Of a DNA stretch of 64,000 nt, positions 62,301-64,000 are shown one piece after another. The stretch comes from Flexilinea sp. GTDB taxonomy: Bacteria > Bacteroidota > Bacteroidia > Bacteroidales > Paludibacteraceae. Numbering within the stretch: the first letter of the stretch is position 1; each line of letters starts with the position of its first letter. The position numbers were made by a program, and so were the translations under genes. The notes under the pieces were generated by a model. The model was not told the DNA's origin. It was given only the letters and a program-made list of their open reading frames with translations, and did no database searches. Location: contig CAVHRT010000001.1 of NCBI GenBank assembly GCA_963638355.1, positions 4,495 through 68,494 of the forward strand, written 5' to 3'.

Positions 62301-64000
62301 TGGCGATACGCTGACGCACGACGACTACACGCTGAAGTTGAAACCGACTAAGACTGACAATTATACCTTCTATATCATCGATAAGACTTCGGGTTGCCGC
62401 CGCACCATCGACACCACCATTGTAGTGCTGCCGATACCGCGTGTCGAGCTGAGTGAACCAGGCACATCGCTGTGCGAAGGCGAAATGTACACCCTCGAAC
62501 TCAGTAGCGAACTGCCGCTGACCGATGCTACCATCACTTGGACTAAGACTGATAGTTACAGCACAACGCTCGATACGAAGAACGACATCGTAACCTACAG
62601 CGATATGCCAACTGCTGGTAACTACACCTACACTGTGGTGATTGCCAACAAGAACAAGTGCGACACTACCATTGTTCGTAAACTGAGCGTCAGCACCGTG
62701 CCGCAACCTTACATCATGATTGGCGATGGCACTGGCGACACCATTTGCGAAGGCGATCAAGTGAAGCTGATTGGTCAGAACCTGAAGAGCAACTACAACT
62801 TTACCGATTATCCTGTAGCATGGATTGTTGGTAACGATACGCTCCAAAAAGATCAGACGCAACTGATTGACAAACCACAAAAGACCACAACCTACAAATT
62901 TGTGGTAACCAATGCGGCTACGGGTTGCTTCCTCGCTGTCGACACCACCATATATGTGAAGGCTCGCCCAGCAACCAAGCTGAAAGTGAAGTTGCCAGGT
63001 GGCTCTACCGATAGCGCCATTTGCAAAGGCGAATCTATCAGCATGCAGATAGTCGATACTGTGGCTAACAACACCGACGGATTGCATGTTCAGTGGAAAC
63101 GCAATGGCGTGATTGTGAACGAATGGAAGGATAAGTTCGACATTGTGAACTACACGCCCGACGATGACGAAAGTTATGTGATAACCGTCGACAATGGTCG
63201 CTGCCCGATAGTGCTGAACTACGACCTGACAGTGAACTATCTGCCCGATCCTACGGTTGAGCTGAGAGCTGGCTCGCGTGAGGTTTGCGCTGGTACGCGT
63301 GTCGACATTGGCGGCGCACAAAACCAAGATCTCGATTCGCGCTATGTTTACGAATGGACAACAGTGCCTGTGGGCGAAGTCATCGCAAATCCGCACGACA
63401 AGGACATTGCGGTTTATCCGTACACCACAACCACCTATGTCTACACCGTAACCGATACGCAGACGGGTTGCTCGCGCTCCGACAGCATTGCTATCGCCGT
63501 AAATCAACGGCCAAATGTAACGCTCGAGGTCATCTATCCCGAAGGCGCTGACGGCAACCTCATCTGCCAGACCGAGCCTGTAACACTGCGTCTGCGTGGC
63601 GAAACCGATAGTCTGACTACTCTGTGGTTTGTGAATACGATTCCACAAGCCGAATGGGCCGACAAACTCTCAATTACTGATGCACCAAGCAACGAGCGAA
63701 ACGACTACACTGTGAAAGTTTCTAACGGTAAATGCGAACTGCAAATAGACACAACTATTTTGGTAAGCAAAGTGCCTAATCCGAAGATTTACAGCGTAGG
63801 CGACATCACCACCATTTGCGAAGGCACCAAAGTGGAACTGAAAGCGCAAGAGCCGCAAATTTCGACGATGGTAAATGGTAAGAACATCAACGACTATCGC
63901 TGGACAAGTAGCAATCCGAAGGAAGTTCTCGAAAATCCGACGAACCAAAACATTCTCGTTTACCCGAAGACTACTACGACTTACACTTACACCGCTACCA
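47254..64000 (+). CDS. giant secreted Ig-like-repeat cell-surface protein (SprB/CHU-type adhesin-like), 3' end beyond the window; >=5,582 codons
   Basis: It was hand-translated in frame +1 (positions = 1 mod 3), with codons checked at more than 40 line starts between 47461 and 63961, and no stop was found. The motif CxGxxVxLTAxG...YxW..G.T...I.V.P..TT.Y.V.V.D.NGC persists to the last codon. It is missing from the supplied track, which lists only ORFs closed inside the window. An alternative in-frame ATG lies at 47185. Confidence 0.88.
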   Translation, partial: MKRFSLSFAAVVTTLLSIAPLANAQVTFSPTVTPSTTVCANDEVTLSLTPSDGGTNYSYNWKWTDGLGNSQTKVDLQSFTDNPSATTTYEWWARDEYDDLAGHGTVSVNVNSAPTVTADPSTYYVISGGDVTLKVSGNALAKSYEWTAADGTVQTSTTDELNLTGVTEDTQYTVVAIGANGCRSKSVTVKVVTFSVEANNETVCYGDAVTLTAESADGSKYYWDDGFVGESNTVYPKGVPTTTYTVTIKDANDALVATQSIKVNVIAKPEVTLTPDETNICAGKTVTITATNNTGNKGKYVWNTGDTGNSLIDDPSVTTTYWVQFTDGTTGCTSGKTYCTINVSQAGSASINGANSTCVNTPIELTVSGGTAQRWFDESGIDITMPYTPTSVGTKTIYCIVKDANGCEVKAQKTITVAPALTPTIYGDFDICVGESAQLKVSTDGATYLWSNNSTEQSITVSPTSDASYWVDVTKNGCTARVTQKVTVNAKPTINITGGTTICKGSTAVVTAVATGGSGTYTYAWDDENSTTNATLRVAPTSTKTYKVTATDAATGCSSEKSVTIAVESGTPPTILGPTTVCKGVDFTLTASDGDSFAWDDDASTTTASMTANLTTDRTYTLTVKKGSCTYTVQHKVTIEDGPVGEITGETSICKGGSTKLTAPAGTSYTWSTGSTEQSITVTTAGTYWVEVKKGNCTLHKDITITVNTPTVASITTPDGLTLCANNELGLKLVASEGKAYKWSPTGETSQEITAKPTATGLYSVTVTDEHGCESTASVLVTVVEDPAELALNASATTVCKGENVILTVLNAPSGSTISSNDGSVTGNVVTHTASISKTVTVKVKSGTCEYVLTKDITVLDAPAGTITGTTAICQGGSTVLAAPVAPAGQVYTYLWNTGETSSTITVSAVGDYYVTVSNGSCETKLAAVTVTENIPTAPTITASKSTICAGETITLTASNYGSITGWNDGTQNLGNAQVISVSPTTTTNYELVVTDANGCEAKAYQQIVVSAPIDVTLTGDNSVCEGGTISVTVSGAPSGSTYSWSTAGTLSNGDATLTFTPGVNDAAVSVTVTPPAAKGCAVTKTFSFTVTPAPTGNITGVTSVCNGGSTTLYAPAGPTGTTYKWNTGATTQSITTPALFKNTVYSVDIVYPTGCTLSPTPVTVKINAAPIGTITASSDVVCVGEQVELTVTSATATGWTWSNGTTGTNKAYYTPTTSGNVQYYVDITANGCTERVSKNITVVDKPVAAIDKSASTSSFCEGEQVTIVATGGTRYELNGQSSTTGVFLLNPTATTTYTISVFNENDCESLVTHTVTKLTPTAEPSIVANGSLELCVGDSRTLSINNGTIISWADGTSTPNYIYTATSADLGTKTITAEVKDMNGCTKSLSIDFVVTEIPSVAITTTNETICKGEKVTLTATPGLASYSWESGEKTQEIIVSPSITTTYVVTGTNAGGCSSTAKITINVATPDAVSISGPATACPGESVTLSAVGGKAWNWSHGLGTGNTATFNAATTTTYTCEITDSKGCVTKVSHTLTVKETPTPTVSGNLKVCQGLNTTLSASTADAYEWKKGATVLSTASTLTLTNVQSSEDYTLTVTVNGCQASTSFRVTACENPTDAAIVGKNQVCEGESVTLTAVGNGTYSWSTGATGSEITVTPTAANHIYQLTVTDMNGCTQTVQKNITVSPTPSVTIDGPTEVCAGGSVTLTASGSGTFLWDDGTTTTATLNVTPSVTRAYKVTLTDASGCTVTASHTVNVKTLTAPKISAAKTDVCKGDKVTLTATGETGCTFTWPDLGRTGASVEVYPSTTTTYKVTATNTTGCTADGYITINVHEQPTVTVLVDKSAICAGESATITVTGGTEYTCNGETNTSGIFNVSPTTTTPYNIVVKNSAGCTTTTSQTITVNELPTISISGVDKACAGELITLTATGGTEYSWSNGMTSQTATYTISGTGTMSVWVKGKNASGCWSGQVAHNITINTKPTIAVSGTMDICVGKSTTLTASGASTYVWTWNGGSAMGNTLNVSPNATTVYKVVGTDANGCVGETSVTVNVYPEPTVSITGATEVCEGGEITLTANGTGTFLWNTGESSQSIKVTSAGTYSVTLTGEGGCTSKAEIIVKQRTITAKINDVIDGVSTICEGSDITLTASGGNAYKWDNGLGTNATVTVNPTTSTTYWVEVTDASGCSKRVSHTVKVTPQPTLTVVGNTTICYGETASITVSGAKTYVWSDGIGTGASINVTPASTSTYTVTATDENGCVTTQDIKIEVVPTPVASIKASKTTVCEGESVTLTAEGGDNYVWGDGSTGASITVTPTAPSTTYSVTAYKNGCASAEVSQVITVNALPTVTIKPSATTVCKGEQVTLTASGATSYEWSTGEKTQAITVTVNSDATYSVIGTQNGCQGTASQSIKVATPPTINISSNTGKLYICNGESITLTASGANTYTWSGGLGNTASITVTPTATTTYEVEGVSANGCKAKVTVEVIVYDKPNPTISGQTEICEGSYTTLTANDANAVAWEWNTGAKTKSINAYQAGTYTVTVTGKGGCTSTATVIVTYLTPVNGSISGPETVCKGETVTLTASGGKTYKWDENAAESEKLVLSNIQVSGTHWVTITGANGCTQRLGHSIIVNEPPTLSITGNQTFCEGGSTTLTAVGTGDVLWSTGSTNRSITVSAEGKYDATLTDANGCSTTQSVNVTRNPLPVAIISGPTKACEGEPVTLTVSGAESYTWSTGATGSSITVQPTTTTTYTVTPKTGLCTGDPAKFTVTVNKKPVITFSGDLEICAGTKAVITADGADEYVWGDGSTGATYTTAVLESNTTFTVTGTITETGCSAQKQITVVVNPKPEISISGTTSVCAGESTKLTASPSGATYAWSNGSTGRTATFSNLISDEDYWVDVTLDNGCTDRYYGTIKVYDMPAAEIITNTGTNTVCRGESITLTASGGTTYLWTHDGTRSASVTVTPTTDTKYTVKVIGEGNCSSTASINIQVLDVPEAAIVADKTTVCEGDDVTLSANDGVKWQWYKGNTAIAGETGQHYTISNASYGTTTYKVVVENAAGCSTTASYALAVTRKPDATISGVTNICSGTSTTLTAPLSDSYLWSTGETTRSINVTPAAGKTDYTVTVTVGDCSATGTVTVTVNPLPTPTLQADENPVCVGNSTTLTAGAGFKYYKWSTGQEGPNLQSIGVSPTENTIYTVTVTDANGCTGVAQVTVNVTQVPAPTITVLSGSETVCAGEEVILQSSAAKGYQWSSNVEVSQQNGQTVVVYPTQTSVYTVTTTNKSGCQSSKDITINVTKLPTPKITGADNMCKGDETGVELTASSDVAGATFVWSTGDNTANIVVKPTKTTTYKVWAYNGTCKNPTPAEFTLKVNDAPAAAITGRSAICLGETVELEATGGVTYLWQNIEGSAKALSKITVSPTQTTKYICTVTDDHGCTKDVSLEVVVNPLPKPSITGKNKICRGGSVTLAATGGNSYLWSTNETTKEITVTPAYTTTYTVEATNANGCTSEATFTVEVVQEPKVHIEGPSVSCSGTPVTLTVTPEDSRTYTCIWKHNNSTKLAEAVNPTTTTTYEVEVFDGECSKTLTHTVTVNKLEDPKIDGPAQICLGEATTLTVSNNPNNFVSYQWSTGETTQSIEVKPAVVGMSTYTVICTDANECTSEATIDIVVNALPDVTVTASTDVLCEGDNSVTLTASGAGISGKYNWYEDELATVLLAGGEGTATYTFNDLTYTKKIYVVAISKLGCKSAPKEYELVVTPKPTPTITSSVPANVICAGGTVELSVSDPDPDVTFVWSDGTEGAHMTATAAGEYRVTATNVAGCTQDATITLNEEPLPAAKITPSIITGTGAGVAEENIARICAGTRLKLTASPLSTQQLTYTYKWNTGSIASEITVNPTASTTYSVVITSASGCEQTATIEVKVNEFVTIEGKTEVCAGMPYVLNAIGNNLSYYEWTRNGEKLPQFDGVSSIKCVDSVPDGQMSAEVVYGVKCIYDNNCETDTTITVKVYAKPSDLTINGIGGADAMDSVCVESAKQLSVIPTGGSSLTGATYNWTGSGITDPTAATQTITPTAVGQEPYSCQITMPGGCDTTVNIILKAVALPELAVCPDTTICFGTEAQLYLTAKNNCPDGTTITWTSDNGGGGASGDVVRVAPTTTTTYTVTAKTPAPLGCSTTQTVTVTVIPQQQPTVTPSPALICLDAAGISEDDLNLTTEDTDSEGRAFKAYKWYAEDDPTTIIGTSNAITVPKANITATRTYVVEVTTQEGCTALGSIEVPVSEKPSVSIKGETQVCEGKSLVLQAESPINVTRYEWTTNDDPNTVFATTQSVTVWPTTTVNTYYLTVYNDKGCRFEVNPGHNVTILKAPKPQIAADHNPICEGDDVILTASDLNSGTCTVVWDDNSTNPVRKIVGLTSTTTYNVTLTNENGCVEQVEYIVNVNPLPKLKITGNTQVCVGDSVLLSVEDANGVDNKYSWTGGAWREATDQGSVNNSKVWVYPTNIVDSTEYCVTSVDVNSCNSKQVCHKILAFAKPIAMINGKQMATDTICVGQSLILEATGGSKFKWSTNAESQQITTPIYNSVNTYIFWVDVYNEANCVQRDSIWIKVAPKPSAYIESVSPATQVCEGTTVTMRASDAPTGSRYTYAWTNNTGETIENANQQEISVTPTVTTAYKLVITDVETECVKEILQTIYIDPKAKVNFTATPDTICEGDVFSLEIEGDVSNQTIAWEKLRNGSAQDASSWADKTTILDSPTASEYIYRATLTNKVTGCLTVLERRLVVVRVPKASIQIPNKTTTTICQGDPIELQAWNDEGKYSLAQMIQFVWKVGDDTIAPLNQQKITVYPRTTTTYTLIMQSLENGCTSSYDTTINVLEIPKVNVVEPDNQVICEDEEITFTLEGLLPEYGVTWNKYDRGNLIASWTKNGVTTVTDKPTKSEYEYRVNVSNPLGCDTTIVRHLRVNAVPRPGIKFPGTKQDTICEGEEAWLQATNAESSWSTMYYTYGWLNHGDTLTHDDYTLKLKPTKTDNYTFYIIDKTSGCRRTIDTTIVVLPIPRVELSEPGTSLCEGEMYTLELSSELPLTDATITWTKTDSYSTTLDTKNDIVTYSDMPTAGNYTYTVVIANKNKCDTTIVRKLSVSTVPQPYIMIGDGTGDTICEGDQVKLIGQNLKSNYNFTDYPVAWIVGNDTLQKDQTQLIDKPQKTTTYKFVVTNAATGCFLAVDTTIYVKARPATKLKVKLPGGSTDSAICKGESISMQIVDTVANNTDGLHVQWKRNGVIVNEWKDKFDIVNYTPDDDESYVITVDNGRCPIVLNYDLTVNYLPDPTVELRAGSREVCAGTRVDIGGAQNQDLDSRYVYEWTTVPVGEVIANPHDKDIAVYPYTTTTYVYTVTDTQTGCSRSDSIAIAVNQRPNVTLEVIYPEGADGNLICQTEPVTLRLRGETDSLTTLWFVNTIPQAEWADKLSITDAPSNERNDYTVKVSNGKCELQIDTTILVSKVPNPKIYSVGDITTICEGTKVELKAQEPQISTMVNGKNINDYRWTSSNPKEVLENPTNQNILVYPKTTTTYTYTAT
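47329..64000 (+). repeat. tandem array of ~71 divergent protein-coding modules (~219-240 nt proximal, ~270 nt distal)
   Basis: I counted 71 module starts of the form [IV]CxG(E/D/G)xxxL. An example module is 52105-52323 (ENPTDAAIVGKNQVCEGESVTLTAVGNGTYSWSTGATGSEITVTPTAANHIYQLTVTDMNGCTQTVQKNITVS). The copies are diverged at the nucleotide level. Confidence 0.85.

Noticed and set aside
47329-64000. Giant repeat region as an assembly collapse or expansion artefact, or as a recent tandem amplification.
   Set aside because: Neighbouring modules differ extensively at the nucleotide level, and no long exact DNA repeats were seen by eye. The frame is preserved across all junctions, and the architecture changes gradually along the gene. 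The exact module number still deserves long-read confirmation.

Overview
This is a Bacteroidota-type chromosomal window, judged from PorZ, GSCFA, DUF2851, a TonB-dependent receptor, lipoprotein signals and TAnnTTTG promoter boxes. All calls come from hand reading and hand translation, with no database search or alignment tool.

Nt 1-47,000 is a dense run of about 40 mostly housekeeping genes:
- Core metabolism, replication and repair: hisG tail, pgk, nspC, rdgB, rnr, dtd, deoC, polA, ndk, lpdA-like, comF, dgkA, recG, ispB, uvrB.
- A small galactan/galactose cluster: GH53, a clan GH-A hydrolase, galM, galK.
- A porZ-eptA pair and several DUF genes.

The main feature is absent from the supplied ORF track. 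From ATG 47254 to the window end at 64000, frame +1 is open for 5,582 codons. It encodes a signal peptide followed by about 71 tandem Ig-like modules of 75-90 aa, each with two cysteines (xxCxGxxVxLTAxG...YxWSxGxT...ITVxPxxTTxYxVxVxDxNGC). The track lacks it presumably because it has no stop in the window, and shows only antisense shadow ORFs there. This looks like a giant SprB/CHU-type cell-surface adhesin, plausibly a T9SS cargo. It changes repeat architecture toward its distal end, where an A/B dyad super-repeat carries conserved D-T-T-[IV] O-glycosylation-type sequons. Its promoter region carries three exact copies of a 12-mer.

Secondary signals:
- A strongly over-represented word CGATGAAATGG, extending to 21-23 nt identities between unrelated genes and spacers.
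- At least three families of intergenic repeats, each a GC-rich core flanked by AT-rich arrays with 7/14-nt period.
- A lipoprotein gene bracketed by about 108-nt direct repeats.

No rRNA, tRNA, CRISPR, transposase or integrase was seen.
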